NCBI GenBank assembly: GCA_963744795.1
Contig: CAVUVF010000018.1
Coordinates: 347,530 to 411,529, forward strand
Length of the DNA stretch: 64,000 nucleotides
Source: an uncultured Acidobacteriaceae bacterium
GTDB lineage: Bacteria > Acidobacteriota > Terriglobia > Bryobacterales > Bryobacteraceae
Direction of reading: 5' to 3'
Shown here: positions 24,118-34,869 of the stretch, in pieces
Position numbering within the stretch: position 1 is the first letter of the stretch
How the letters are laid out: the number at the start of each line of letters is the position of its first letter
Notes under the pieces: model-generated
Database searches by the model: none
What the model saw: only the letters and a program-made list of their open reading frames with translations
Told to the model about the DNA's origin: nothing
Translations under genes and position numbers: made by a program

Positions 24118-24762
24118 ATGATGATGCTCGAAGTTTGCTCGGGGACTCGCTCCCGCTCGGGCGTCATGTGTCGCAGAAGGTCCATGAACAAGCGGCCGCG
24201 CGGCTTTCCATTCTGGTTTTGCTGGCCCAGCCTATGCAGAAATACGAGGATGGCCAGGATCTCGGAATTTCTGAGATCCGGGAACGTCTTCTCGCTCGTT
24301 TTCGTTCTTTCTGGTAATCGGCGAGTGAGGCGGTGAACAGGCGATGGATGCCGAGTGCAACAGTGCTTTCCGGGCGTGTTTCGTAGACCAGGCCGGATTC
24401 GAGCGTTCGGTGTGTCTGAATGAGCGCTTCGAGTACGGCTATAACGTCACTGTCGTTTGCGCCAGGGGTGCGCAGTGCGGCCTCGACGAGGGAATAAATG
24501 GAGAAAAGAAGCAGCTCCTCATGCGTCGCGGAGGAACTCTTCGGAGACGCGGATGTCGGGGTTGCTGATTTGCTCAATCTGCAACCTCAACGGGCTTTTC
24601 CCGCTTGTGAGCTTCTTGCAGATATTGGCAATTGAGTGGGCAAGTGAGGGAAACTTCTCGTTCGGTTCCGCAGCAGAGTGTGCAGATATCGCCGCTTACT
24701 GCAGGGCAGAAACGGCGGGCCCGACGCTTTTGGCAGATCTTACAGAGAACCGGCTCAGGCAT
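24114..24762 (-). CDS. Conserved hypothetical protein with Cys-rich N-terminus, at least 2-3 frame breaks
   Basis: N-terminus CKICQKRRARRFCP...CTLCCG...CPLNC, then HEELLLFSIYSLVEAAL. The reconstructed C-terminus ends with TGA overlapping the ATG of the FNR gene (ATGA at 24114-24117). Confidence 0.4.
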
Positions 24763-24842
24763 TCGCTATGAGTATTATCAATCGCGAATGCCCGAACAGA
24801 TCTCGCACTCACGCTAAAGCGTGAGGTTTAGCAGGCTTCAGT

Positions 24843-25478
24843 TTAGTAGTTCGGATACCACTTCGAGCCATCGAACACATCTCCATTTGCCTGCCCACAA
24901 CTGCGGTAGACGCAGCCGCGATGTTTCCGGTCGTCGTCGTGGTCCAAGCTCCGTCTGGAATCAGAACAAGGCAGCCGGTGAAGGCGGTTCCGCTGACCGT
25001 GATGCTCGGGACCGTTATGGTTGAGATCGCCGTTGTTCCAGTAACGTGAGTCATGCCGCTCGTCGGAGCAATAGTTGCCGCGGAAGCGATGGCCGTTCCC
25101 ACGCTCCGCTTCACCAGGTTGGAATTAAGGTTGCCGTACGCGTCAGCCATATTCCAGCCCCACCACTGCAGCGTGCCGTTCACGCTGTTCGTGCCGGGAC
25201 CGATCTGCGCTGCGTTGGCCATGCCGCTGGCCATCTGAGCGCCAGCGCCAAGGCAGGTCAGGTTGCTACCGGTCAGAGTAGGCGACTGACAGGCAAATGC
25301 ACCCAGGGCTGTGTTGTTCGAACCGGTTGTGAAGCCTTGTCCCGCTCCGTTTCCGAAGAAGGTGTTCTTGTCGCCGGTTTGCGCATAGCCGGCTTTGACA
25401 CCGAACGCCGTGTTGTAGTGGCCGGGAACACCGCCGAAGGTTGAACTCGGGCTGAGGAATTGCGAATACTGCGTCGCC
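24843..25478 (-). CDS. Tail-fibre / Hep_Hag-like Gly-Asn-Thr-Ala repeat protein, no signal peptide, frame break near 24900
   Basis: MATQYSQF...NTAFGVKAGYAQTGDKNTFFGNGAGQGFTTGSNNTALGAFA. The reconstructed C-terminus is ANGDVFDGSKWYPNY, with the stop at 24843-24845. Confidence 0.45.
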
Positions 25479-25497
25479 ATGTTTCCGGCACCCGGTA

Positions 25498-27603
25498 TCA
25501 CCCATCAGCAGTGGCGGCGCGCCTTTCAACAACCGATGCTCCAGGACGTAGTCGTAGTAAAGGTGGCCCTTATCGTTGGGATGCACCCCGTCCGCGGCCA
25601 TGAGGCCGAGGGTATTCGCCGAAGTATACGAACCCCAAAGCTCGCTGATCGAAATGAAGGCTGCATTGTTCGAAACAGCCAATGACTGCTCGGCCGAAAC
25701 GAGCTGCGACCATGTGAACTGAGCGTTCACGGCGGGCGTCTGGTTCACTGTGTTCGGCTGGTTCTCGTCCACAATCAGAATCGAAGGCGACGGAGATGAC
25801 AGACCGGCGAGATACGTCAGAAGGTTCTGCATGTTCGACGTGTACGTCGACAAGCGCTTCGTTGTTGCCCGCGTGAAAGTCGTTGACGCCGAGCGACACG
25901 ATAGCGAGTTGGATTCCACCTGGTATGACGTTCAGGAAGGCATTCTCAGTAGCAGGCGCCGAACCGAAAGCTTCGCTTCTTGCCCCGGCAACTGCGACGT
26001 TGTGCACGCGAACACCAGTGGAGCCGATGGTCCATTCGGCACCGTAGACGTAGCATTTACCCGTTGCGGTCGGAGTGATCGTCAGTGTGTGGCTGCCGAA
26101 CGCAGCTTGCGGCGAAGGTCGTCTTCACGGCCTGCAGGGTCGCGGACGTTGTCGCAGGAGTGGTGCCCGCGACAGTTCCGTCGATTGATACTGTGCACGC
26201 GCCGCTATCCGGTGCGCTCTGCGTATAAACGTTGACCTTGTCTCCATCCATGGCCATCAACCCCAGAGTGTTTCGCAGTACCCGTTGCCGAAAAGAGGTG
26301 ATTGAAAGGGCTAATGCCGGTTTGCAGTGGCCCGAGGTTCGAACCGCCTTCTGTCCAGGTTCCGGTCTGTGTCCAGGCTCCGACGCCGTAATACACGGGA
26401 ATGATTCCGGATCCGCCGTTGCCGAACAGCGTGTGGAGGTGCAGAGCGAGTTGCTGAGCCCAGGAATTGTAAAACTTCCCGCCATTACTGACAGTTCCGA
26501 GACCCTGCGCAATGGAGTCGCCGACAATCGCAACGTTGACGACCTGGGTACTGGCGCTGCGAAGAGCGGAAAACCAGGTGGCCAAAACGGGATCGGAGAG
26601 ATCAACAAACGGTGCTCCCGAAGCAGTAACGCCGAGAAGTTGGTTCGGACCTAAGCTCGACTTCTGCACGCTCGAAGCAATGGCATTGGCTTGGGCCGTG
26701 GTTGCCGCTCCGGCGGGGTCACTAGCTGCGATGGCAGCAGCTTGAGCCGCGGCTGCCGCGCCGGCAGCGTCGAAGTCGGACACCGGGTGCGTGCTGGCCG
26801 ATCCCAGCCCAAGATTTGTTCTGACGGCCGCCGCATTCGAGGCGTATTCGCTCAGGTTATTGGCCGGGTTCGCAGGCGTGAAGCCCAAAGCAGCTTGTTT
26901 CGAATTGAAAGCTGTCCAATCCGTTTTGGAGAGCAATCCATTGGTTGTGCCGCTCGCGCTCGGGAGACCGTTGATTGCGGCCGTAGCTGCGCCGGCGGCG
27001 TCGAAGTCGGTTGTCGGATGCGTGCTTGCAGACCCGAGTCCTAGAGTTGGTCCGCACTGCTGCAGCATTCGACGGCATACTCACTTAAGATTGTTCGCCG
27101 GATTCGCAGGCGTAAAGCCAAGTGGCGACTGCTTACCGTTGAAAGCGATCCAGTCATTCTTCGAAAGCAACCCGGTTGTGGTGGCGCTTGCATTGGGGAT
27201 GGCGGCCACAGCGGCTGCCGCCGCACCGGCGGGATCGTACCCGGTTGTTGAGGTAGCCGGAGCCGCAACGAGTTGCGAAAGCTGAGTGACATCAGCGCCG
27301 GCCGGTACACGCCAGGTAGAGTTCGAAGCTTCGCCTCCGCTCATCAGGAGTACGTTGTACACATAATCCGGCGTTGTCGGACGGTATCAACGAAGTGGAG
27401 ATCATTCCGTTGGCGACAGGTACCGTCTTCTGAGAGCCCTGGACCAATTTGCCGGAATTATCCAGGAACGAGTGCCAGCTAATGAAAACCTGGCCCACAG
27501 ATACCTGGGTTCCTTTGCTGTTGACAGCCGGCACGTTGATGTTGACGGTCTGGGCGGCTAGTCCGAAGCAGACCGAGAGAAGTAGTGCGAAAATGCGCAC
27601 CAT
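25498..27603 (-). CDS. Secreted protein: N-terminal Ig-like region, tail-fibre-type repeats and an SGNH/GDSL hydrolase domain; at least 5 frame breaks; 3' end uncertain
   Basis: Signal peptide MVRIFALLLSVCFGLAAQ. Repeats contain GLLSK(N/T)DW(I/T)AFN(G/S)KQ. SGNH block I is VAIVGDSIAQG and block V is DGVHPNDKGH. Pieces are 27292-27603, 27081-27362, 26205-27068, 26057-26608, 25570-26007 and 25266-25919. Confidence 0.6.
26700..27260 (-). repeat. Diverged in-frame tandem repeats of about 230 bp inside the tail-fibre/SGNH gene
   Basis: The block at about 27091-27200 resembles the block at about 26861-26970 (offset about 230 nt). Both encode ...GLLSK-DW-AFN-KQ-LGFTPANPANNL-EYA. A third, partial unit begins GLGSASTHPVSDFDAAGAAAA. 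Confidence 0.6.
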
Positions 27604-28006
27604 GCGTTTCCTCCTTGTTCAGCGAAATTCTGTAGTCGAAGGGGTTGTCTTCCTCACGTCGCGAGGAAGGGGGGAAGGATCTCGACTTTCGTTAAAAATG
27701 AACCACAGGAGTGAGCAGCGAGTCTGGCCGAGTACCTGACTTCGCTCAGCAAAATCATGGGTTTACATTATTCTGCGATTTGTGACTGACGTTCAGCGGA
27801 TGCAACCGGGCTCAGCGCTTTCAAACCCGGCGGCCGGCTATCATCAAAGAAGAGCCGATGCAGAGAGTGGACCTTTACATCAAGGTTGAAGTAGTTTTGG
27901 ACGAAGAATGAAACCGCCGGAGCGTGTCGCTGCAGAGATCTGCCGGCAGATCGAGAAACTGTACGTATGTCCGATCGGCAGAACTCTCGAACGTACAAAC
28001 GCGAGA

Positions 28007-29126
28007 TTAGGCGATCTGGACCAGTTCTTTGTAGGTCCGCAGCAGATAAGAATCGGTCATTCCCGCCACGTAGTCACATACGACACGATGCACGGGCGTC
28101 TCTTCCAGACGTTCGCGATGGCCCGAGGACATTCGTTCGGGGTGTTCGAGGAAGTACTCGAAAAGTAAGCGGAGCTTATCGACTGCCGCACTACGGTCCT
28201 CGATGAATTGCGCGTAGGAGTAGACCCGGTTGACCAGGAGCGATCTCATTTGAGCGTTAATCGCTTCTGCCTCTGGCGTCATTCGTGCCAGACGGTAATC
28301 AAGGGACCTTACATCCGCGACCGTTTCAACCCCGGCCGCGTTCGCCGCTTCTGCCGTACCTTGGACCAGCCCGCTGACTAGCAAATTCATCAAGTGGCGC
28401 TGGATCTCCCAGAATCGGATATGTTCCGGTGCTCCGGGAAACTGACTTTCTGCCGTTTCCGCCAGTTCGGCGAAGATCGGCATCGATTCTCCGATCTGCT
28501 CCATCGAGAACAGTCCCGTCGAGAACGAGTCGTCGATATCGGCCGTGTTGTAGGCGATCTCGTCCGCCAAGTCGATGAGTTGAGCCTCGAGAGGCGGGCG
28601 CTGCCCGGGTAGTAGCTCCTGAAGCTCCGATTTCGGAGTTCGGGTCGAGCTCGCGTGAGTGCTTCACGATGCCCTCGCGTACCTCGAAGGTCAGGTTCAG
28701 ACCATCGAAGCGCGGATATCGTCGTTCCAGGTGATCGACAATCCGGAGAGCGTGCCGGTTGTGCTCAAAAGAGCTTCCGAACCGGCGCATCTGGCGGTCT
28801 AGTTCCCGCTCGCCGACATGCGCGAACGGCGGATGCCCGAGATCATGAGCGAGTGCGAGCGCCTCAGTGTATTCTTCGTTCAATTCGAGCGCAGAACATA
28901 CAGTTCGGGCAACCTGAGAGACCTCGATCGAGTGGGTTAGCCGATTACGGAAGTGATCACACAGGCCCGTCGCAAAGACTTGCGTCTTGCCTTCCAGGCG
29001 GCGAAAGGCGCGCGAATGGATGATACGATCGCGATCGCGCTGAAAATCATTCCGGAAAGGGTGCGCTGGTTCGGGAAACTGCCTCCCACGGAGATTCGCC
29101 GGACCCAGACGAAGTCGGCCGAGCAT
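28007..29126 (-). CDS. dgt: dGTP triphosphohydrolase-like HD-domain protein, frame break near 28570-28620
   Basis: [60 protein letters not shown] and [10 protein letters not shown]. Confidence 0.85.
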
Positions 29127-29132
29127 TATCCC

Positions 29133-29830
29133 CTATTTGGTCTGGGATGCGAGTTGTTCGACAGCGCGCGCAGTAGCAGGCGTTTGATTAGGGCCTCTCA
29201 AGGATTGAAGCAGCTTCTTCGCTTCAGCGGGGTTTGTGCTCTCGAGAGATTGCGCGAGAAGCAATTGCGCCTGTGATTTGGAAACGAGGTCGGTTGGTTT
29301 ATTTACAACGTCGCGCAGCAGCGATTGAGCTTCACTCTGACGATTTTGGCCGGAAAGCAACTGAGATAAAGCAATCTTCGCAAGCGCGGAACGGTTTACC
29401 GTTCTCCGAAGCAACTGCTCGCAGATCAGCTTCTGCACTCTTTGCATCGCCCGTTTGGGCTTTCAGAATTCCGACATAATAGCGGGCGATCCGTCCTTCC
29501 TCGTCGCCGTTATATTTAGCGGCCACCTCGCTGAACGCTTTCAGGGATGCTTTATTCTTCTCGTCTTGGGTAGAGAACGTTTTGCCCACCGAGGCGGTGC
29601 CGACGGGGGCTTCGTAAACAGCGAATGCCGTCTGCAGGTCATCCCGTCGCTGTTCCCGGCGGATAAGAGGAGTACCACAGACCAAGACCCACCAAAATCA
29701 ATACCACTCCGGCGACAATCACCCACCGGATTAGTTTCTCCCTGTGCGAGGAGGCGTAGGAGAGAACACCAGAGACGTTGTCGGAAAATGCGTCGTGCTG
29801 GAGTTGCTCCTTTAATTCATGACGGGTCAA
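29133..29830 (-). CDS. Membrane-anchored TPR protein (YfgM-like), frame breaks near 29650 and 29440
   Basis: N-terminal TM helix WVIVAGVVLILVGLGLW followed by TPR-like helices across ORFs 29639-29830, 29332-29685 and 29133-29447. Confidence 0.55.
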
Positions 29831-29908
29831 AACTGAACTGCAGCCTTTCTATAAGGGGAACCATCCGTAGCGTAGCATAAAGAACGCCCTGGACTGGACC
29901 CCGAAGGG

Positions 29909-30633
29909 CTAGCCTCGGACGTCGGCGAGGTCTCGCCTGATCGCGAATTTCACCAAACCGGCGACGTCGTGAATATCGAGCTTCCGCATCAGGCTGGAGC
30001 GATAGGTGTCGACCGTTTTGGGGCTGAGCGCCAAGCGCGCTGCGATTTCCTTTGCTCGCACGCCATCCACCAGAAGGGAAAAGACCTGGAACTCGCGGCT
30101 GCTGAGCGCTTCGAGAGGATCTTCCTCGCGTCCGTCCGGCATTCTCGCTGAACAGTGAGGTTACCTCGATTTGCGGGGAGACATAGATTCCACCCTGCGT
30201 GAACTGGCTGAGAGCGTCGGACATCTGTTCCGGGGTGGAAGTTTTCAGGACGTACCCACATGCGCCAGTCCGCAGCACCTCGAGCACGGTTTTACGATCT
30301 TTTCTGACCGATAGCACCGCGCAACGGGTACGAAGATCCTTTTTCTCTGACCCGCCGGATGACTTCTGTCACCGCAAGGTCAGACAAACCAAGGTCCAGA
30401 AGCGCGATCGCCGGTTGCAGGCGTTCGATCTCATGGAGCGCCCCTTCGGCCGTGCCGACCTGAGATACAACTCGGAAGCCGCTGAGAGCATTGCAGAGAG
30501 CCGAAAGACCTTCGCGCACCAGCGTCAGTTCGTCGGCGAGTAAAAGTTCAACTTCCGGCGGCTCAGACGGCTGTAACGAGATCGGCTGAGGTGTAGAGCC
30601 GGGAATTGGGAAGATTGAAGTTGACGTTGACAC
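29909..30633 (-). CDS. Response regulator, NarL/FixJ (LuxR HTH) family, frame breaks near 30300 and 30140
   Basis: Receiver domain LLLADELTLVREGL...ALLDLGLSD and LuxR HTH LSSREFQVFSLLVDGVRAKEIAARLALSPKTVDTYRSSLMRKL. Confidence 0.8.
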
Positions 30634-30715
30634 GCTTGTTGCTAGAGAAGTGTGTCGAAACGTCTACTTGTCTCATCCAGCCCCAATCCAAAGGCTCTAA
30701 CCCATCCGAAAACGC

Positions 30716-31066
30716 CTAGGCGAAGCTGCGAACGGCTTCCGCTTCGTCGTCAAACACCTCAAAAACCGTGTAGAGCTTCGTAATCTGCAGCAGATCCTTC
30801 ACTCGCTTTGAGAGCCCGACTAATTTGAGCTGTCCGCCGCTGTTCGTCACGGTAGTAAAGCCGGACACCATCTCTCCGATACCGGAACTGTCGATGTAAG
30901 AAACGTCGCTCAAGTTCAACAGAACCTTCTTGTTGCCCTTGCTGACAATATCCCGGATGGTCTCGCGAAAATCGCTGGCTCCTTCACCTAAAGTGATCCT
31001 TCCAGCAGCATCGATAACGGCGACATCGCCAACCTGACGGGATGTCAATTTAACACTCACCTGCAC
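30716..31066 (-). CDS. STAS-domain anti-sigma-factor antagonist
   Basis: Intact 116-aa ORF. LNLSDVSYIDSSGIGEMV contains the conserved phosphorylatable Ser context. Confidence 0.85.
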   Translation of the reverse strand: MQVSVKLTSRQVGDVAVIDAAGRITLGEGASDFRETIRDIVSKGNKKVLLNLSDVSYIDSSGIGEMVSGFTTVTNSGGQLKLVGLSKRVKDLLQITKLYTVFEVFDDEAEAVRSFA

Positions 31067-31090
31067 TCCTCCTCTGCAATTTCAACGTAC

Positions 31091-31531
31091 TCACGCCTGA
31101 GCCCGGTTTTTCACGAGCCGTACTTCCGTTCCAGAGCCCGGACGGCTGTTAAGACTGAATTCATCGACAAACGTTCTCGTCAGTAGAAGCCCCCGACCCG
31201 ACTGGCGCATAAGATTTTCAGGAGCAAGCGGATCGGGCAATGAATCGGGATCGAAACCCGAACCCTCGTCCCGTATCGTGACAACGACGCGCTCCGGAGA
31301 ACGTTCGATATCTAGATGCACTTTCTTGTCCTGGCTGTATCGGTTCCCGTGTACAACCGCATTCACCATGCACTCGCGAACGGCCATGCCGAAGTGCACG
31401 AGTTCATCCTCATCCAATCCCAGGGATTGAGCCTTCCGCAGTGCCAATTCCTCGGCCTTGTCGACACTCTCCAGCGCCGAGTTCAGCGTCTCGTGGGTCT
31501 CATCCATTTTGCTGCTCTCGCATCGTGTCAT
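31091..31531 (-). CDS. Anti-sigma regulatory factor, Ser/Thr protein kinase (RsbW/SpoIIAB-like)
   Basis: Intact 146-aa ORF with an HATPase_c pattern: ECMVNAVVHGN, IRDEGSGFD, GRGLLL. Confidence 0.85.
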   Translation of the reverse strand: MTRCESSKMDETHETLNSALESVDKAEELALRKAQSLGLDEDELVHFGMAVRECMVNAVVHGNRYSQDKKVHLDIERSPERVVVTIRDEGSGFDPDSLPDPLAPENLMRQSGRGLLLTRTFVDEFSLNSRPGSGTEVRLVKNRAQA

Positions 31532-31715
31532 ACACGCTCGACGTGTGGCTCAAGGCTTGGCTGCCGCGACACCGAATGGCCACGATAAAACAGTAACTCT
31601 ATGAAAGTCAATGGTTTCTTGGAAAAACCAGTAGAGTTGGGGTACTGATAACAAACCGCATGCGGGAGACTTGCCAGGATACCAAGTGCCCGCCTTCCAG
31701 GTACTGAGCACGACC

Positions 31716-33824
31716 TTAGACGTTGCTTTCGCGGCCGCAGAACGTCTGGCCAGAACGGGCAAGTTCAACGAGTAGTGGCGCGGGTGCCCACAAATCGGAA
31801 CCAAACCGTTCTTCAAAGCCCTGGATTTTTTCGAGTACCGAATTGAGCCCCTCTAGATCCGCCCAGAACATCGGGCCGCCGCGCCAGGCAGGAAAACCAT
31901 AGCCGTGAACGAACACGACATCGATGTCTGACGCCCGTTGGGCCGTGCCCTCGGCAAGCACTCGGGCACCCTCGTTGACCAGACTGCAGATACAGCGGTC
32001 CACGATCTCCTCCCGGCTGATTCGACGTGGCGTCGAGCCCGGCTTCCGCGGCCGCTCGCTCCGCCAGCGAAGTGAGTTGTGAATTCGGCCGCGGTTTCCG
32101 GTCGCTCCCGTACTCCGACCAGCCGAGACCTGTTTTCTGTCCGAAATGGCCAGCATCGTAAAGTGCTTCCAAAACGCATCGAGCGTCGTACACCGGGCGG
32201 ATCCATCTGGCGGAACTGGTCTTCGATGTGGCGCGAGACGTCAATCCCTATGAGGTCGTCGACGGCCAGTGGGCCCATACTCATCCCGAACTGGACGAGC
32301 GCCTCGTTTACTTCTTCAACCGACGCGCCTTCCTCGACCAGAAATCTGGCTTCTCTCAGGTAGGGCCGGAAAATACGGTTCCCGATGAAACCAGGCCGAT
32401 TTCCGGCTAGAACCGCGATTTTGCCAAGCCGCTTGCCCAGAGACATGCATGTGGCGGTCACGCCGGGGTCGGTCTCGGCGCCGGGGACGACCTCCACGAG
32501 ACGCATGACATTTGCCGGGCTGAAAAAGTGAAGACCGATCGTTTTCTCCGATCGGCCGCTGCCCGAGGCAATCGCGTTTACGTCCAAGCTTGAGGTATTG
32601 GTGGCAAGAATGCAGTCCGGGCGGGCGGCTTTACCCAAGTCTTCCATCACCGCCTGTTTGACCGGAAGATTCTCAAAGACCGCCTCGACCACCAGGTCGA
32701 CCTGGTCAAAACCGCTGAAATCCGTTTGCGGGCGAATGCTTGCCAGGCGATTCTGGGCCACCTCCGGCGTCAGCCGATTCTTTGCTACAGCGCGGTCGAA
32801 ATTCGCTCGAATGTTCGCCATTCCCCGACCGAGCGCTTCGTTCGAAACTTCTTTGAGCAAAACCGGGAATCCGGACTGGGCGAAGGCGGTCGCGATCCCG
32901 GATCCCATCGTGCCGGCGCCCACGACGGCCACGCTACGCACCTCGTAGGCCTTCTCCTTGCCTGCTAAAGCCGGGACCTTGGCCGCGTTTCTTTCGCCAA
33001 AAAACAGGTGGATCAGCCCTTTCGATTCGCCGGAACGGAGGCACTGTTCGAAAAGCTCGGCTTCCCGCTGGACGCCGTTCGTCGAAAGAAAGCTCAGTGC
33101 TTGCCCATATCGCCTCCAGCGCGGCAGCAGGCGCTCGGGAGGGCCGAGCCTGTTCGACCCGCGCCTGAAGTGCTTCCAGCTTTTCGGCTTCACCCGGTCC
33201 GAACTTCGCGACGCGTTCGCGTGTTTTAACTGCCGTTTGCGCTGCTATCTCCCGTGCGAATCGGACCGCCTCATCCAGCAAAGCGCCTTCAATCACACGG
33301 TCAACGAGTCCGCAACTCAGTGCTTCTCGAGCACTGATCTGGCGACCTTCGATGCACATCTCCGCTGCCCGGACGGGTCCGACTAAACGGGGAAGCCGCT
33401 GAGTTCCTCCTGCGCCTGGAATGAGCCCTAGCTTCACCTCTGGCATGCCAAGTTGAGCGGTGGGAACTGCCAGGCGGTAATGCCCGCACATCGCGGTTTC
33501 GAGACCCCCGCCGAGCGCAGCCCCATGAATGGCCATGACAATCGGCTTGGGAGAGTCTTCAATCGCCTGCAAGGAGGGAAGGAGGTTCAACGGCGGAGCT
33601 TGCCCGGCGGCAATCCGGGCCAGTTCCCGAATGTCTGCGCCGGCGATGAAGGTATTGCCGGATCCGAGGACCACGATTGATCGGACGGAAGCGTTTGCGT
33701 TCAGATCGAGAACGGCGGAAGCAAGGCTCTCGGCGACTCTGGAACTCAGCGCATTGACAGGTGGGTTGTTGATCGCGATGACGCCAACGTCATCCTGCAA
33801 ACTCACTCGAACGAGTTCGTTCAT
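31716..33824 (-). CDS. Bifunctional enoyl-CoA hydratase / 3-hydroxyacyl-CoA dehydrogenase (FadB/FadJ-like), at least 3 frame breaks
   Basis: Crotonase region INNPPVNAL...FIAGADI...AIHGAALGGGLE and the HAD Rossmann fold VAVVGAGTMGSGIA...HFFSPANVMRLVEVV, with the C-terminal domain in ORFs 31813-32244 and 31716-32156. Confidence 0.85.
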
Positions 33825-33848
33825 CCGGTGCGGGACTCGATCTCGAGT

Positions 33849-34763
33849 TTATTCTCCGCGAAGCGGAACCGGGGCTTCCGGTAATTCCTCTTCACCCATC
33901 CCGTACCGCGAACGTCCTCGCCGCTCGCGATTTCCGCCCGGCCACTCGATCCTCAAATCACGGCAGACTTCGTCAAGCATGTCGAGCGTGGTTGACCTTT
34001 TCTCCATTGCGAACGCCGTAATGAGCAGATTGTCGCAAAGCAGGTTGATCAGGCGAGGGATTCCCCGGGATCTCACGTAAATTTCGTCCAGAACATCGAG
34101 CGGAAACACCGTCTGGTTCGGCATGCCGGCCCGGGCGAGTCTCGTTTCGATGTACGCGATCACTTCGTCAGGTGAAAGAGGGTCGAGCGTGCAGCGGAGT
34201 ACAATGCGCTGTTTCAACTGACGAAGATTGGAGGCGTCCAGCTTGCGGTCGAGTTCCGGCTGACCGGCCAGGATGATCTGCAGCAGCTTGCCGTGCCGGT
34301 TTTCCAGGTTGCCCAGTAATCGAATTTCTTCCAGTACTTCCCAGTCCAGGTTATGCGCTTCGTCCACGATCAGAGCGGTGGTTCTGCCGCGCTCAGCCTG
34401 TTGAATGAGCAGGGAGTTAAGGGCGAACAGCACTTCGGGCTTCGATTTCCGGTCGCATTGAAGGTCGAAATCGAAGGCCATCATCTCGAAAAATTGTTCC
34501 GGAGTAAGACGGGAATTGAAGATAAACGCAAACTCAATGCGTTGCGATTCCAGGTAATCCCGCAAACACTCGAGCATGGTTGTCTTGCCGGTTCCGACTT
34601 CGCCCGACAGTACGATGAAACCTTTCCGGCCTCGTACGCCGTAGATAAGATTTGCTAGTGCTTCCTCATGCTGAGGACTACGGTAGAGAAACTCCGGATC
34701 CGGACTGATTTCGAACGGGTTCTCGGCAAATCCGAAATACGCGTTATAGATCGCGCTTTGCAT
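33849..34763 (-). CDS. ExeA-like AAA+ ATPase (AAA_22; resembles PEP-CTERM/XrtA-associated ATPase, TIGR03015-like)
   Basis: Intact 304-aa ORF with FGFAENPFEISPDPEFLY, Walker A SGEVGTGKTT, Walker B LIVDEAHNL, ILAGQPEL and RGIPRLINLLCD. Confidence 0.8.
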   Translation of the reverse strand: MQSAIYNAYFGFAENPFEISPDPEFLYRSPQHEEALANLIYGVRGRKGFIVLSGEVGTGKTTMLECLRDYLESQRIEFAFIFNSRLTPEQFFEMMAFDFDLQCDRKSKPEVLFALNSLLIQQAERGRTTALIVDEAHNLDWEVLEEIRLLGNLENRHGKLLQIILAGQPELDRKLDASNLRQLKQRIVLRCTLDPLSPDEVIAYIETRLARAGMPNQTVFPLDVLDEIYVRSRGIPRLINLLCDNLLITAFAMEKRSTTLDMLDEVCRDLRIEWPGGNRERRGRSRYGMGEEELPEAPVPLRGE

Positions 34764-34869
34764 GTCTGATTAAACTCAACGAGCCGTGGAAAGGTACAGC
34801 GGCGTCTTACGAACCCCCGACACTCCCATCATAGAGGAATATCGGCAGTTCAGCCCCTAAGCTTTACCC

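Noticed and set aside
26331-26345. tRNA T-arm-like GAGGTTCGAACCGCC
   Set aside because: The flanking bases do not form a T-stem or any cloverleaf, and the site lies inside the fibre/SGNH coding region.
27937-27952. Perfect 16-bp palindrome GATCTGCCGGCAGATC just downstream of dgt
   Set aside because: It is real in the sequence but isolated. There is no T-tract for a terminator and no second copy, so there is too little context to call it an operator.
27768-27998. 76-aa minus-strand ORF in the gap between the fibre gene and dgt
   Set aside because: It has no recognisable motifs, an odd composition and no ribosome-binding signal. It is more likely the non-coding promoter region of the fibre/SGNH gene.
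28007-29126. dGTPase as a possible anti-phage dNTP-depletion defence gene next to the fibre-like genes
   Set aside because: The sequence looks like an ordinary dgt-type HD triphosphohydrolase in a housekeeping operon context. Adjacency to the fibre genes alone is not evidence.
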